Shown piece after piece: positions 8,294 to 19,457 of a stretch of 64,000 nt of DNA; the stretch's first letter is position 1, and every line of letters starts with the position of its first letter. Source of the stretch: an uncultured Candidatus Saccharibacteria bacterium (GTDB lineage Bacteria; Patescibacteriota; Minisyncoccia; Phycocordibacterales; UBA2100); contig CAYGKV010000001.1 of NCBI GenBank assembly GCA_964350885.1, positions 4,073 through 68,072 on the forward strand, read 5' to 3'. The notes under the pieces are model-generated. The model had not been told where the DNA came from. It searched no databases and worked only from the letters and a program-made list of their open reading frames with translations. Made by a program: the position numbers and the translations under genes.

Positions 8294-9571
8294 ATGTCTG
8301 CAATAAAAATGCTCGGTGATCAAATGTTTGCGTCACTCAAGATACGAAATTACCGGCTGTACTTTATCGGACAGGGGTTGTCGCACGGAGGAAATTGGAT
8401 GCAAATCGTCGCGTTGAGCTGGCTCGTGCTTCAGCTTACAGGGTCGGGCACTGCGCTCGGTAGTGTGCTCGCCGTTCGCTTCATGCCGATGCTTTTTGGA
8501 GGCCCGTTTGCTGGTATCGTAGTCGACAAATTCAATAAAAGGCACATTCTCTATGTCACGCAAACGTCATTCGCGTTTCTCGCGTTCGTGTTGAGCGTAT
8601 TGGTTTTTACAGACACTATTCAAATCTGGATGCTCTTTATAATCGCGATGGTCTACGGCCTTGTCGACGCAATCGATAATCCGACTCGACAGACGTTTGT
8701 CCACGAAATGGTAGGACGGGAGAATATTCGCAATGCGGTCTCACTCAATTCGACCGAGGCAAATATTGCGCGCGCAATCGGCCCTTTGATTGCGGGTTCT
8801 CTCATCGCGGGTGTAGGTATCGCGTTCTGTTTTTTGGCGAACGCGATTTCTTTCATCGCAGTGCTTTTTGTGTTATCGCGTATGCACAGAAAAGAGTTTC
8901 TGATTGAGAAGCAAGAGCATAAGCACATCGGACACATGTGGGAAAGTGTTTCGTACGCGGCATCGATGCCTCTCATTCGCACAGTCTTGATTGCCATGGC
9001 CGCTATCGGTACCCTTTCGTATGAATTTCAAGTAAGTCTCCCGCTGCTTGCCCAGAATACTTTCAATGGTGTGGCCGCAGATTATGCCGCCCTCCTCTCC
9101 GCTATGGGCGCAGGCTCTGTCGCGGGAGGGCTTTTTTCTGCAATCCGACAAAAGATCGAGCTGCGTGAATTCACCATTTCGGCATTCTTATTTGGATTCG
9201 CGATATGTATCACCGCAATCATGCCGACGCTCTCGCTTGCCGTAATCGGCATGATATTCGTTGGTTTTTTCTCTATCAATCTAACGTCGCTTGGAAATAC
9301 AATGATACAACTTGAGGCTGCACCGCACATGCGTGGTCGTGTAATGTCACTCTGGTCTACTGCGATTTTCGGTTCGACCTTGATCGGCGCACCGATCATT
9401 GGGTTTGTTGGAGAATTTGCGAATGCACGCTGGGCGCTCGCTGCGGGAGGTTTTGCTGCAATTGCTGCGGCCGCCTATACGATGAAGGCACTTCCGGACA
9501 GGGAACTACGGGCAGTCTCCGAATATCCTCGGCTAGAGGATACGGTGGTCGCTGAGAACACAAAAGTCTAA
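8294..9571 (+). CDS. MFS transporter
   Basis: 12 TM-type hydrophobicity, MFS-like loops ([13 protein letters not shown]), ~425 aa. Confidence 0.7.
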   Translation: MSAIKMLGDQMFASLKIRNYRLYFIGQGLSHGGNWMQIVALSWLVLQLTGSGTALGSVLAVRFMPMLFGGPFAGIVVDKFNKRHILYVTQTSFAFLAFVLSVLVFTDTIQIWMLFIIAMVYGLVDAIDNPTRQTFVHEMVGRENIRNAVSLNSTEANIARAIGPLIAGSLIAGVGIAFCFLANAISFIAVLFVLSRMHRKEFLIEKQEHKHIGHMWESVSYAASMPLIRTVLIAMAAIGTLSYEFQVSLPLLAQNTFNGVAADYAALLSAMGAGSVAGGLFSAIRQKIELREFTISAFLFGFAICITAIMPTLSLAVIGMIFVGFFSINLTSLGNTMIQLEAAPHMRGRVMSLWSTAIFGSTLIGAPIIGFVGEFANARWALAAGGFAAIAAAAYTMKALPDRELRAVSEYPRLEDTVVAENTKV

Positions 9572-9588
9572 TATATTATAATTCGCAC

Positions 9589-10878
9589 ATGAAGATACGC
9601 ACTGTCCATGCACGAGAAATTCTTGATTCGAGAGGGAATCCGACCATCGAGGCCGATGTGACTCTTGAGAATGGCGTGATTGGTAGGGCGGCAGTGCCCT
9701 CGGGCGCTTCGACGGGAGCGCACGAAGCACATGAACTTCGCGATGGTGATGCGAAGCGATACGGTGGAAAGGGGGTATTGAAAGCGGTAGGGTATGTGAA
9801 CGGAGAAATTGATCGTGCCGTTTCCGGTATGGATGTCGAAGATCAAAAGGGGATCGACAAAAAACTCATTGCACTCGACGGGACAAAAAATAAATCGCGA
9901 TTGGGCGCGAATGCGATTCTTGCGGTGTCGCTCGCGGGCGCGCGCGCCGCTGCAGCGGCGCGCGCCGTCCCTCTCTACGAATATGTCCGCACGTTGAGTT
10001 CTAAAAAAAAGGAACTCACACTCCCCCTCCCGCAATGTGATATTTTGAACGGAGGGGCACATACGGACTGGCAATCCACAGACTTGCAGGAATTTATGAT
10101 TATGCCGGTTGGTGCTCCTACTTTCCGCGAAGCGTTGCGCATGATGGCGGAAGTATTCCACGCGCTCAGGAAGATACTCAAATCAAAAGGATACGGCACT
10201 TCTGTGGGAGATGAAGGAGGTTTTGCTCCGGCTGTGCGCGGCGGCAACGAAGAGGCGCTTTCGCTCATTGCGGAAGCAGTCGCATCGTCTGGGTATGCAC
10301 TTGGTGAAGACATCGCGATAGCTCTCGATTGCGCTGCGTCCGAGCTTTATGAAGACGGGCACTACTGGTCGCACATGGAAAAAAAGAAATTTACAACGGA
10401 CGAAATGATCAATTGGTACAAAAAAATGTGCGTGCAGTATCCTATTGTCTCGATTGAAGATGGTCTTGCGGAGGATGATTGGAGTGGCTGGAAGAAGATG
10501 ACGACAGCGCTCGGCGATTCGACCCAGCTCGTGGGCGATGATCTTTTGGTCACTAATGTAGAGTTTCTCAAGCGCGCAATTAAAGAAAGATCGGCCAACG
10601 CTATCCTCATCAAGGTAAATCAAATCGGGACGCTTACTGAAACCATTGCTGCGGTCGATATGGCACATGAGGCCGGGTGGCGCTCTGTCATGTCGCATCG
10701 TTCAGGAGAAACGGAAGATACGACGATCGCGCATCTCGCGGTGGGGCTTGGCACGGCTCAGATAAAAACCGGATCGGTGAGTCGGAGTGATCGCACAGCA
10801 AAATATAATGAACTATTACGGATAGAAGAGCTTCTGGGGGACGCCGCGCTTTTTGCCGGGAACAACGTGTTCAAATAA
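9589..10878 (+). CDS. eno: enolase (phosphopyruvate hydratase)
   Basis: [24 protein letters not shown]…; conserved enolase signature throughout, 429 aa. Confidence 0.95.
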   Translation: MKIRTVHAREILDSRGNPTIEADVTLENGVIGRAAVPSGASTGAHEAHELRDGDAKRYGGKGVLKAVGYVNGEIDRAVSGMDVEDQKGIDKKLIALDGTKNKSRLGANAILAVSLAGARAAAAARAVPLYEYVRTLSSKKKELTLPLPQCDILNGGAHTDWQSTDLQEFMIMPVGAPTFREALRMMAEVFHALRKILKSKGYGTSVGDEGGFAPAVRGGNEEALSLIAEAVASSGYALGEDIAIALDCAASELYEDGHYWSHMEKKKFTTDEMINWYKKMCVQYPIVSIEDGLAEDDWSGWKKMTTALGDSTQLVGDDLLVTNVEFLKRAIKERSANAILIKVNQIGTLTETIAAVDMAHEAGWRSVMSHRSGETEDTTIAHLAVGLGTAQIKTGSVSRSDRTAKYNELLRIEELLGDAALFAGNNVFK

Positions 10879-10881
10879 TGT

Positions 10882-11514
10882 ATGGTCTATCTGCTCCTCG
10901 TTCGCCACGGAAAATCTGAATGGAACAAGACAGGTCAGTGGACAGGGCACACCGACATCGATTTGGCAGAGGAGGGGATTCGCGAGGCGGAGGCGGCAGC
11001 GGAAGCGGTGAGAGACATCCCTCTAGATTGCGCTTTCATCTCTGATATGAAGCGAGCGCAGCAGACGTTTGTAGAGATATGCCGCGTACTGGATACGCCA
11101 CGCATGAAAAGCGTGATCGACCCGGCGCTCAAAGAGCGCCACTATGGCATCTACACTGGGAAGAATAAGTGGGAAGTGCAAAAAGAAATCGGAGAGGAGG
11201 CGTTTCAAAAATTACGTCGAGGATGGGATGTGCAAATTCCTGAGGGAGAAACTCTCAAAGATGTCCATGCTCGCGTGGTACCTTACTATGAAAAAAATAT
11301 CAAACCGTTGCTCATGGAAGGAAAAAATCTTCTCGTCGTGGCGCACGGGAATTCCTTGCGTGCGCTCGTAAAACACCTAGAGAATATCCCGGAAGAAAAA
11401 GTCGCCGAATTGGAAATAGGGACGGGCGAGGTGTATTGCTATGAATTTGATGCGGTTGGGAAAATCCGTGCAAAAACCGTTCGGGCAGCGAACCTCGAGA
11501 AAGGCAAGATTTGA
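10882..11514 (+). CDS. gpmA: histidine-phosphatase family phosphoglycerate mutase (dPGM-like)
   Basis: LLLVRHGKSEWNKTGQWTGHTDIDL (RHGxSxWN catalytic His motif); immediately downstream of eno. Confidence 0.7.
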   Translation: MVYLLLVRHGKSEWNKTGQWTGHTDIDLAEEGIREAEAAAEAVRDIPLDCAFISDMKRAQQTFVEICRVLDTPRMKSVIDPALKERHYGIYTGKNKWEVQKEIGEEAFQKLRRGWDVQIPEGETLKDVHARVVPYYEKNIKPLLMEGKNLLVVAHGNSLRALVKHLENIPEEKVAELEIGTGEVYCYEFDAVGKIRAKTVRAANLEKGKI

Positions 11515-11560
11515 ACTTGAAAATATTGACACTCTAATTTTAGCGTTGTAATATACTCGC

Positions 11561-14029
11561 ATGAAAGGAATCAAGGTCCTCAAATTTGGAGGGACTTCAA
11601 TGGGCTCTGCGGAAGCGATTCTTCGAGTAATAGGAATTGTGAAGAAGCCGCAACACGATGCACGAATCGCGGCGGTCGTAGTCTCCGCGATGAGCGGAGT
11701 TACCGATCACCTCATTGATATTGCCTCACGCGCAGCGGCGAAAGATGCGTCGTATAAGAAGATCATTCGCGATATCGAGAAGCGACACATCGCTACTGTG
11801 AACGCACTCATCTCTGAACCCAATCGCGCCGCTGCTATTGAAAGCGTGAGAGAGCTCATTGATTCGCTGGAAGGTCTTGCTCGCGGAGTGTATCTTGTCG
11901 GAGAGCTTTCTCTTGGGGCATTGGATTACATCATGAGCTACGGCGAGCGACTCTCCGCGCATCTCCTCACGGATGCCTTGTGTGATAGGGGTGTTCGTGC
12001 TGAATATCTGAATGCACGCAATATTATCACGACGGATGGGACGTTTGGCGAGGCGGTAGTCAATTTCCCCATGACCAATAAGGCAGCGCGAGCATATTTC
12101 AAGAAGCATCCGAAGCTCCAGATCATGACCGGCTTTATTGCCTCAACGCAAAACAGAGCGACGACGACTCTGGGGCGCGGGGGGAGCGATTACTCGGCTT
12201 CGATATTGGGCGCGGCACTGAAGGCGCGTTCGATCGAGATATGGACAGATGTCTCCGGCGTTATGACGGCCGACCCGCGGAAGGTCAAGGATGCGCTACC
12301 GATTCGCTCTCTCAGCTATCTCGAGGCTGCCGAAATGTCGTACTTTGGCGCAAAGGTGATTCATCCTCCTACCATGCGTCCTGCGATGCAGAGCACTATT
12401 CCGATTCACATAAAAAACACGTTCAAACCTGACGCGTCCGGGACGATCGTGAGCAAAAAGACAGAAGATCTGGGGACGCACATCAAGGGTATTACCTCGG
12501 TCAATAATATTGCCATCCTTCAGGTAGAGGGCGGCGGATTGGCAAGTGTACGCGGTGCATCCGGCAGACTGTTCGGCTCCCTCGCTCGTGCAAAGGTCAA
12601 TGTCATTTTAATTACACAGGCATCATCCCAACACTCGATATCGTTTGTTGTCGCAAGTAATGAAGCGGAGCGTGCGCGTGAGGCTATAGAAGAAGAATTC
12701 GTACTTGAACGCCAGTCTCGTCTCGTTGATCCTGTGATCATCACACGCGAACTCTCGATTCTTGCCATCGTGGGCGAGGGGATGAAAAATCGGCGAGGAA
12801 TTGCCGGGAGATTCTTCCAGACGCTCGGTCAGAACGGAATCAATATTATTGCGATTGCCCAAGGATCATCGGAGCTCAACATCTCGGTCGTAATACAAAA
12901 GGAGGACGAGATGAAAGCGCTCAATGCTGTGCACGCAGCTTTTTTCTCTCCCGAGCAGTCGATCGTCAATGTCTTTATGGTGGGTACCGGTGTCGTTGGT
13001 TCTGCCCTCCTCAAGCAAATCGCCCAACAGAAGGAGCTCCTCGAACGAGATCATGGATACGTCGTCCGTTTGATCGGGCTTGCTGACGAGCATCGCATGG
13101 TATTTGACGATAATGGCGGCATACCAGCTTTCGAATGGCAATCGTATCTCAAAGCATCGAAAACAAAAATGAATATTCGTACATTCATTGAGACCATGAA
13201 AGCAAAAGAGCTCCAAAATAGTGTTTTCGTTGACTGTACGGCAAGCGAACAAATCGCTACGCATTACATCAGCGTGCTTCGCGCGGGCATATCCATCGCT
13301 ACTCCAAATAAGTACGCGAACTCTGGTTCGTACAAGCGGTACCTTGCTCTCAAGACCGCGGCGGCCAAGTACGGCGTAAAATTCCTATATGAGACCAACG
13401 TGGGCGCGGGTCTTCCCGTCTTGGGGACTCTAAAAGACCTCATTCTATCGGGAGATCGTGTGACAAAGATCGAAGCGGTGCTTTCGGGGACACTGAGCTA
13501 CGTGTTTGATAATTTCAAGGGGGCGAGGTCTTTTAGTGAAATTGTGATGGAAGCACGAAAACTTGGATTTACAGAGCCAGATCCGCGTAACGATTTGAGT
13601 GGGCTTGATGTCGCGCGCAAGATTCTCATCCTTGCCCGCGATATGGGAATACCTCTTAAGCTCAAAGATGTGAAGGTTGAGAGTCTTCTCTCGAGAAAAT
13701 GCCGCCAGTCGCCCTCGGTAGAAAAATTCTTCGAGCAACTCAAGAAAGAAGATCCTACCTATGAGACGAAGAAACGCGCAGCTGAAAAAAGTGGCAAAGT
13801 ACTTCGGTATGTCGCGACGCTGAATAAGGGAAAGGCGAGTGTATCGCTCCAGGCAGTGGATGCACTCCATCCTTTTTATGTTCTCTATGGCAATGACAAC
13901 ATCATCGCGTTCTTTACAGAACGGTACCAAAAATCACCACTCGTGATCCAGGGGCCAGGCGCGGGCGCGGAAGTCACAGCAGCGGGAGTGTTTGCAGACA
14001 TATTACGCACGGCTGTTGTTACAATGTAG
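11561..14029 (+). CDS. thrA: bifunctional aspartokinase / homoserine dehydrogenase
   Basis: N-terminal KVLKFGGTSMGSAE kinase motif, ACT region, C-terminal NAD-binding VFMVGTGVVGSALL and HSD catalytic domain; 822 aa. Confidence 0.85.
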   Translation: MKGIKVLKFGGTSMGSAEAILRVIGIVKKPQHDARIAAVVVSAMSGVTDHLIDIASRAAAKDASYKKIIRDIEKRHIATVNALISEPNRAAAIESVRELIDSLEGLARGVYLVGELSLGALDYIMSYGERLSAHLLTDALCDRGVRAEYLNARNIITTDGTFGEAVVNFPMTNKAARAYFKKHPKLQIMTGFIASTQNRATTTLGRGGSDYSASILGAALKARSIEIWTDVSGVMTADPRKVKDALPIRSLSYLEAAEMSYFGAKVIHPPTMRPAMQSTIPIHIKNTFKPDASGTIVSKKTEDLGTHIKGITSVNNIAILQVEGGGLASVRGASGRLFGSLARAKVNVILITQASSQHSISFVVASNEAERAREAIEEEFVLERQSRLVDPVIITRELSILAIVGEGMKNRRGIAGRFFQTLGQNGINIIAIAQGSSELNISVVIQKEDEMKALNAVHAAFFSPEQSIVNVFMVGTGVVGSALLKQIAQQKELLERDHGYVVRLIGLADEHRMVFDDNGGIPAFEWQSYLKASKTKMNIRTFIETMKAKELQNSVFVDCTASEQIATHYISVLRAGISIATPNKYANSGSYKRYLALKTAAAKYGVKFLYETNVGAGLPVLGTLKDLILSGDRVTKIEAVLSGTLSYVFDNFKGARSFSEIVMEARKLGFTEPDPRNDLSGLDVARKILILARDMGIPLKLKDVKVESLLSRKCRQSPSVEKFFEQLKKEDPTYETKKRAAEKSGKVLRYVATLNKGKASVSLQAVDALHPFYVLYGNDNIIAFFTERYQKSPLVIQGPGAGAEVTAAGVFADILRTAVVTM

Positions 14030-14032
14030 GAT

Positions 14033-15127
14033 ATGAAGACAAAAATTCCTGTTGGTATTTTGGGGGCGACCGGTATGGTTGGGCAACAGTACATCCACTT
14101 GCTCGCGGATCATCCGTGGTTTCGGGTCGCGTACGTTGCGGCTTCTCCACAGTCAGCGGGAAAAAAATACAAAGACGCTCTAAAGAGTGGTTGGATTGTT
14201 GGGGGAGAAATGCCCACGGATGTAGCAGAGCTTATCGTGCACGATGTTGCCGATGCGGGAAAAGCAAAAGATGAATGCGCGTTTGTGTTTTCTGCCTTCG
14301 AGATGCCAGATAAAGATGCGATCAGGGCAGCAGAAGATTCTTACGCCGCGGCGGGCATGCCAGTTTTTTCGAATGCCTCGGCTCATCGGCATACCGAAGA
14401 TGTGCCGATGCTCATACCGGAGATCAATGCCGATCATTTGGATATAATTCCGGAGCAGCAAAGAACTCGTGGATGGGAGAAAGGGTTTATTGTCGTAAAG
14501 TCGAATTGTAGTTTGCAGAGCTACCTTGCTCCAATCTATGCGCTCATGCAGGCTGGATATGTAATCGATAAGGTTGCCGTCACGACCATGCAGGCTACTT
14601 CGGGAGCAGGATATCCTGGTGTCGCTTCGCTGGACATTATCGACAACGTCGTCCCATATATTGGTGGTGAAGAAGATAAGAGCGAAGAAGAGCCTTTCAA
14701 AATTCTCGGCAATATCCATGAAGGAAAATTTGTGCCGCATAAAGGGATGGCGATCTCGGCGCAATGCAATCGGGTTCCTGTCTCAGACGGGCACCTAGCG
14801 TGCGTCAATATTTCATTCAAAGGCAAAAAGCCATCGGCAGAGCAGATAAGAGAAATTTGGGCAAAATTCCGTGGAGAGCCGCAAAAGCTCGATCTCCCTC
14901 TCGCCCCGAAGCAACCCATCATCTACCGCGACGAGCCGAATCGCCCGCAACCCAAGAAGGATCGCGATCTCGACAAGGGGATGGCGGTATCGGTAGGTCG
15001 CCTGCGCCCGTGCCCTGTATTTGATTACAAATTCGTCGCACTCTCGCACAACACCATTCGCGGAGCGGCCGGCGGCGGCATCTTGACCGCGGAGCTCGCC
15101 TTCAAAAAAGGATTTCTCAACGTGTAG
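14033..15127 (+). CDS. asd: aspartate-semialdehyde dehydrogenase
   Basis: GILGATGMVGQ NAD(P) motif, active-site KSNCSLQSY, 364 aa; adjacent to thrA. Confidence 0.85.
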   Translation: MKTKIPVGILGATGMVGQQYIHLLADHPWFRVAYVAASPQSAGKKYKDALKSGWIVGGEMPTDVAELIVHDVADAGKAKDECAFVFSAFEMPDKDAIRAAEDSYAAAGMPVFSNASAHRHTEDVPMLIPEINADHLDIIPEQQRTRGWEKGFIVVKSNCSLQSYLAPIYALMQAGYVIDKVAVTTMQATSGAGYPGVASLDIIDNVVPYIGGEEDKSEEEPFKILGNIHEGKFVPHKGMAISAQCNRVPVSDGHLACVNISFKGKKPSAEQIREIWAKFRGEPQKLDLPLAPKQPIIYRDEPNRPQPKKDRDLDKGMAVSVGRLRPCPVFDYKFVALSHNTIRGAAGGGILTAELAFKKGFLNV

Positions 15128-15132
15128 GTGGG

Positions 15133-16590
15133 GTGAGATATAATGACCTCGCTATGGTAGCACCATTAAAGAACATCCCGACGATTTTTGTAGCGTTTGG
15201 GGCGACGGGGGATTTGATGAAGCGGAAAGTGTTGCCCGCAATCTACTACTCATACAAGCACGCCGAGCTTCCGACAATGTTTCGTGTGATAGGATTTTCT
15301 CGCCGGGAGTGGAGTGATGATGAGTTTCGTGTGTTTGTGAAGGGCGTTTTGGAAGAGCATGCCGGTGAAAAAATCACGGACGATACTCTCAAGCCATTTC
15401 TTGACGTTTTTCGATTCCAGCGCGGGACGTTTGAGGATGCGGAGAGTTATACGGAATTGAAAAAAACGTTTGATGCGTGCGATGCGGAGTGGGGAGTTTG
15501 TTCCAACAAACTCTTCTATCTGTCTGTGGCACCGGAATTCTACGAGACGATATTAAACGAGCTCGCACGTTCGGGACTTTCTGATTCCTGTGCTCCGGGG
15601 CAAGGGTGGACACACATCATTGTGGAAAAACCGTTTGGAATGGATTCGCAGACGGCGAAGCAGATTGATGAATTACTCGGGAAGCTCTTTACCGAAGATC
15701 AGATCTATCGCATCGATCACTACCTCGCGAAGGAGATGTTGCAAAATATTCTCACATTCCGTTTCTCGAACAATTTGTTTGAATTAGCCTGGGACAATCG
15801 ACTGATCGAGAGTATTCACGTTCGCGTCTTGGAGAAAATCGGTGTCGAGAAGCGCGGGTCTTTTTATGACGGCGTAGGCGCTCTGCGCGATGTAGGGCAA
15901 AATCACCTCTTGCAGATGCTGGCACTCGTCACCATGGAGCATCCGGAGAGTTTCGAGGCCAGTGCAATCCAAGAGAAGCGGGCGGAAATCCTTGAATCCC
16001 TCGACATCCTTTCAGATGATGCCGTCAAAAAGGCGACGTTCCGTGGTCAGTACGACGGGTATCGTGATATTGAAGGAGTCCTCCCAAGCTCCGATACCGA
16101 GACGTATTTCAAGATTCGCGCCACGATGTCGTCCCCTCGATGGAAGGGCGTGCCCATGGTAATAGAAAGCGGCAAAAGACTCGGCGAACCTCTAAAAGAG
16201 ATCGTGGTCACCTTCAAGCATCCGATGCCATGTTTGTGTCCACCGAATGGCGAGCACCACAAAAATGAAATCATCTTTCGCATGGAACCGCGTGAGGAGA
16301 TTCTCATCGAATTTTGGTCGAAGAGCCTTGGGTTTACCTTTGCGACGGAGCGGCGTGAATTTCACTACATGCTCCGCGAGCAATCGGCCCATGTACCGTA
16401 CGTGGAAGAATACGCCAAGCTTCTTCTCGATTGTATTCGTGGTGATCAGACGCTCTTTATCGGTACCGAGGAAATCCGCGCAATGTGGCGATTCGTTGAT
16501 CCGATTTTGGACGCGTGGAAAAGGAATGTTAGAGTGCTCGAGACGTATAGACCTGATACGAAGGAAATTTTAACGAAACGAGGGAATTGA
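15133..16590 (+). CDS. zwf: glucose-6-phosphate 1-dehydrogenase
   Basis: FVAFGATGDLMKRKVLPA (GxxGDLA) and RIDHYLAKE motifs; 485 aa. Confidence 0.88.
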   Translation: MRYNDLAMVAPLKNIPTIFVAFGATGDLMKRKVLPAIYYSYKHAELPTMFRVIGFSRREWSDDEFRVFVKGVLEEHAGEKITDDTLKPFLDVFRFQRGTFEDAESYTELKKTFDACDAEWGVCSNKLFYLSVAPEFYETILNELARSGLSDSCAPGQGWTHIIVEKPFGMDSQTAKQIDELLGKLFTEDQIYRIDHYLAKEMLQNILTFRFSNNLFELAWDNRLIESIHVRVLEKIGVEKRGSFYDGVGALRDVGQNHLLQMLALVTMEHPESFEASAIQEKRAEILESLDILSDDAVKKATFRGQYDGYRDIEGVLPSSDTETYFKIRATMSSPRWKGVPMVIESGKRLGEPLKEIVVTFKHPMPCLCPPNGEHHKNEIIFRMEPREEILIEFWSKSLGFTFATERREFHYMLREQSAHVPYVEEYAKLLLDCIRGDQTLFIGTEEIRAMWRFVDPILDAWKRNVRVLETYRPDTKEILTKRGN

Positions 16591-16594
16591 TTTT

Positions 16595-17518
16595 ATGGAA
16601 ATTTTGATGAGAAGGGAAATCGCAGTGGTTGGTCTTGGGAAAATGGGCAGCAACATTGTTCGCCGTCTTTTAGAAAAGGATTGGAAGGTGCGTGGATACG
16701 ACCCCTCCGAATCGGCGCTTCTGCGTTTGCGTGACGAGGGGATGCATGAGGCTGTCTCTCTTTCTGCGCTTATTGGCCAGACGGAGACTCCGCGGATCGT
16801 CTGGCTTATGGTGCCAGCGGGCAAAATTGTCGATGATGTGCTGTTTGGAAAAGAGGGCATCGCAAAATCGCTCACCAAGGGAGACACGATCATCGACGGC
16901 GGCAATTCGTACTATGAGGATTCGATTCGTCGCGCCAAAAAGATTCACAAGCTGGGCCTGAAATACATCGATGTCGGGTTTTCTGGCGGACCGCGCGGTG
17001 CGCGTGAGGGAGGGTGCTTGATGGTCGGTGGTGACGAGGCATCCTTCCAGGCACTCGAACCGTTGTTTAAAGATCTTGCTGCCGATGGTGCGTATCAGTT
17101 TTTCAAAGGCTCTGGGGCGGGGCATTTTGTCAAAATGGTGCACAATGGAATCGAGTACGGAATGATGCAGGCTCTCGCGGAAGGTTTTGCTCTCCTCAAG
17201 AAATCAAAATACAAGCTCGACCTCACGCGCGTCGCGGATATTTATAGTCACCAGAGCGTCATAGAGTCGCGTCTCGTCAGGTGGATGAAAAGTGCATTTG
17301 AAGAATACGGGGAAAATCTTGCAAACATATCCGGTTCTGTCGCGCATTCTGGAGAAGGTGAGTGGACGGTAAAGACGGCAAAGAGGCTCGGCGTGTCGGT
17401 CAAAATAATCGAAGATGCGTTCACGTTTCGTGTGCAATCCAAGAAGAAGCCGAGTTATACAGGGAAGCTCCTCTCTGCGCTCCGAGGTCAGTTTGGCGGA
17501 CACAGTGTAAAGAAATAG
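16595..17518 (+). CDS. gnd: 6-phosphogluconate dehydrogenase (decarboxylating), short YqeC-like form
   Basis: AVVGLGKMGSNIVRRL NAD-binding, 6PGDH core (GNSYYEDS, VHNGIEYGMMQ); follows zwf. Confidence 0.7.
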   Translation: MEILMRREIAVVGLGKMGSNIVRRLLEKDWKVRGYDPSESALLRLRDEGMHEAVSLSALIGQTETPRIVWLMVPAGKIVDDVLFGKEGIAKSLTKGDTIIDGGNSYYEDSIRRAKKIHKLGLKYIDVGFSGGPRGAREGGCLMVGGDEASFQALEPLFKDLAADGAYQFFKGSGAGHFVKMVHNGIEYGMMQALAEGFALLKKSKYKLDLTRVADIYSHQSVIESRLVRWMKSAFEEYGENLANISGSVAHSGEGEWTVKTAKRLGVSVKIIEDAFTFRVQSKKKPSYTGKLLSALRGQFGGHSVKK

Positions 17519-17685
17519 GTACAAGCGGTTACCAATCGTGGGACTTCGAGTTCTTCTGATTGAAAATGACCGTCGTGATATACAGTACATTCATGAACGT
17601 TTCGGCAAATAATCTTCATCATACTGGCCTTATCTCGAAGGTCGGTGTTTGCCATTCCTAATTTTCTCTCAATTGAATGTCAAAA

Positions 17686-17714
17686 GCGGGCCTTTGAGGC
17701 CCGCATTGCTTTCG
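17686..17714 (+). terminator. GC hairpin gcgggcctttgaggcccgc followed by T-rich tail
   Basis: read directly from sequence; lies between gnd and hisG. Confidence 0.35.
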
Positions 17715-17745
17715 TGTGAAGGCACTGGAACCTGATCTTTAGGAT

Positions 17746-18672
17746 ATGAAAATGAACGAACTTGCTCACGCGCATCCGACGCTGCTCGGTATCCCGGCGG
17801 GGAAAAGCCTGGAGACAGGAACGCTCGATATGTTGTCTCAGGCGCACATCACAGTGCGTCGGGGTCACGAACGGAGCTGCACGGCGAAGATCGAAGGCTT
17901 TCCCGGCATTCAGCAGGCGGTCTTCATCAAGCCGAGCCAGATCCCTGCCCTCGTCGCCGACGGGGCGGTGCCCATCGCTCTCACGGGCGAGGACACGGTC
18001 ATCGAAAGCGGCGCCGACGTGGAAACGTTGACGACGCGCTCGTTCAGCAAGGCGACGGCGGGCGGCACCCGGTGCGTGCTCTTCGCACGCGAAGGATTCG
18101 ACGCGGATATCCTCGAAGGAGGGCCTCAGCGCCAACGTGAGCGGTCGATCACCGTGATCTCCGAGTATCCGAAGGAGACGCGGTTGTTCCTGGAGAACCA
18201 CGGCGTGAATGCCGAGGTTGTCCCGTGCTCCGGTTCTGCAGAGGCGCTCGTGGTCATCAAGAAGTACGACTACGGGGTCGCGCTGACCGAGACGGGCACG
18301 AGCTTGCAGGTGAATCGGCTCAAAGAAGTCGAGACCATCTTCACGTCGAAGACGGTTCTCATCGCCAACAAAGCGGCGATGCAGAACGGGGTTATCCGCG
18401 AACGCGCTACGTTCCTTGCAAGCCTGCTTGCGGGTGTGCTTGAAGCCCGCGATAAAGTCTACATCACGATGAATGCGCGGATCAACAGTCTGGGGGCGAT
18501 CAAGAATATCCTTCCGTCGCTGAAGAGTCCGACTGTCCAGCAACTCGCTGAAGAAGGCTTCTGCGCCATCTCGTCAGTCGTTCCTGTAGAAGGACTGGTC
18601 GAGCTCAAATTCTGTCTCAAAGCACTTGGAGCGGAAGGCATAGTCGAGTTCAATCATTCTTCGATCGTCTGA
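17746..18672 (+). CDS. hisG: ATP phosphoribosyltransferase, long form with C-terminal regulatory domain
   Basis: Collinear with E. coli HisG: LLGIPAGKSLETG (RIAMQKSGRL), IPALVADGAVPIALTGEDTVIE, GSAEALVVIKKYDYGVALTETGTSLQVNRL, C-terminal regulatory domain; no other his genes in the window. Confidence 0.8.
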   Translation: MKMNELAHAHPTLLGIPAGKSLETGTLDMLSQAHITVRRGHERSCTAKIEGFPGIQQAVFIKPSQIPALVADGAVPIALTGEDTVIESGADVETLTTRSFSKATAGGTRCVLFAREGFDADILEGGPQRQRERSITVISEYPKETRLFLENHGVNAEVVPCSGSAEALVVIKKYDYGVALTETGTSLQVNRLKEVETIFTSKTVLIANKAAMQNGVIRERATFLASLLAGVLEARDKVYITMNARINSLGAIKNILPSLKSPTVQQLAEEGFCAISSVVPVEGLVELKFCLKALGAEGIVEFNHSSIV

Positions 18673-18710
18673 ACTCCCTATGGCAAGGTCTTACCTTGCC
18701 GTGAAAACAA

Positions 18711-18747
18711 AGCGGGCGCGCCATAAGCGCGCCCGCGCTTTTTGTTG
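18711..18747 (+). terminator. strong rho-independent terminator (agcgggcgcgcc-ataa-gcgcgcccgcgc + TTTTTG)
   Basis: read directly; 39 nt after hisG stop. Confidence 0.6.
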
Positions 18748-18917
18748 CACGAAAAGAATGCCGTGATACGATGCGGACATGCAGGCAATGATTTCAATTT
18801 CAAATATGCGAGCCCGACGAGCGGTTTCTATTGAGGTTGTTTAGAGCGTTTGTAATCCCATTCAAACTTTCCAAAGCGGCCTCAATCAAGAGGCCGCTGT
18901 TCTTTTAGGGGGAGGCG

Positions 18918-19433
18918 ATGAAAGAAGTGAAGATGCTTTCTGATCGCCTCAAGGCGACAAGGAAGTTTTACGCTCCGCGTATCGAACCGGAGAATCTCGG
19001 GACGGCCATTCGCGAAGGTCGCGCAGCGATTCGCCGACTAGACGATAGAATCGAAGCCTTCGCGGCCCTTTGGCCCACAAACGATCCAGGGTGGTATGAG
19101 TTGGGTACCATCTGGGTAGGCGAGAGATTGCGTGGCAACGGATTGCGCCAGGACCTCATGGCTGAGGTCGTTGCACTGACTCCTGCTGGTCGGGGACTAT
19201 TCATGTTCACCCCTAATGAGGCGATCATGGACTCTGCGGTCAAGCTCGGGTTCGTTTTGGTGACGACCGATACGCGTCCAGATGTTCTTCTCTGGGGATC
19301 GCGGCTCGGGATCGCGGAGCGATTGCGCGAATCCATCAATGCGAACACCCCCAGAGCCTCGTGTGACGTGTCCACCGAGGGAATGCGTCGGCTCTTCATA
19401 CGGGATGCAGACAACAGGGGCGCACGTGGATGA
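18918..19433 (+). CDS. putative GNAT-family N-acetyltransferase
   Basis: motif-A-like IWVGERLRGNGLRQDLMAEVVAL; preceded by hairpin and AGGGGGAGG RBS; weak assignment. Confidence 0.4.
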   Translation: MKEVKMLSDRLKATRKFYAPRIEPENLGTAIREGRAAIRRLDDRIEAFAALWPTNDPGWYELGTIWVGERLRGNGLRQDLMAEVVALTPAGRGLFMFTPNEAIMDSAVKLGFVLVTTDTRPDVLLWGSRLGIAERLRESINANTPRASCDVSTEGMRRLFIRDADNRGARG

Positions 19434-19457
19434 TTCCGCGTGCGCCCGCACTTTTTT
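19418..19457 (+). terminator. hairpin gggcgcacg…cgtgcgccc + T6 overlapping GNAT stop
   Basis: read directly; followed by TATAAT-like box before purF. Confidence 0.45.

Noticed and set aside
17680-18543. 287-aa minus-strand ORF fully antisense to hisG
   Set aside because: No recognisable motifs, Arg/Ala-rich composition typical of antisense translation of GC-rich coding DNA; the plus-strand HisG assignment is unambiguous.
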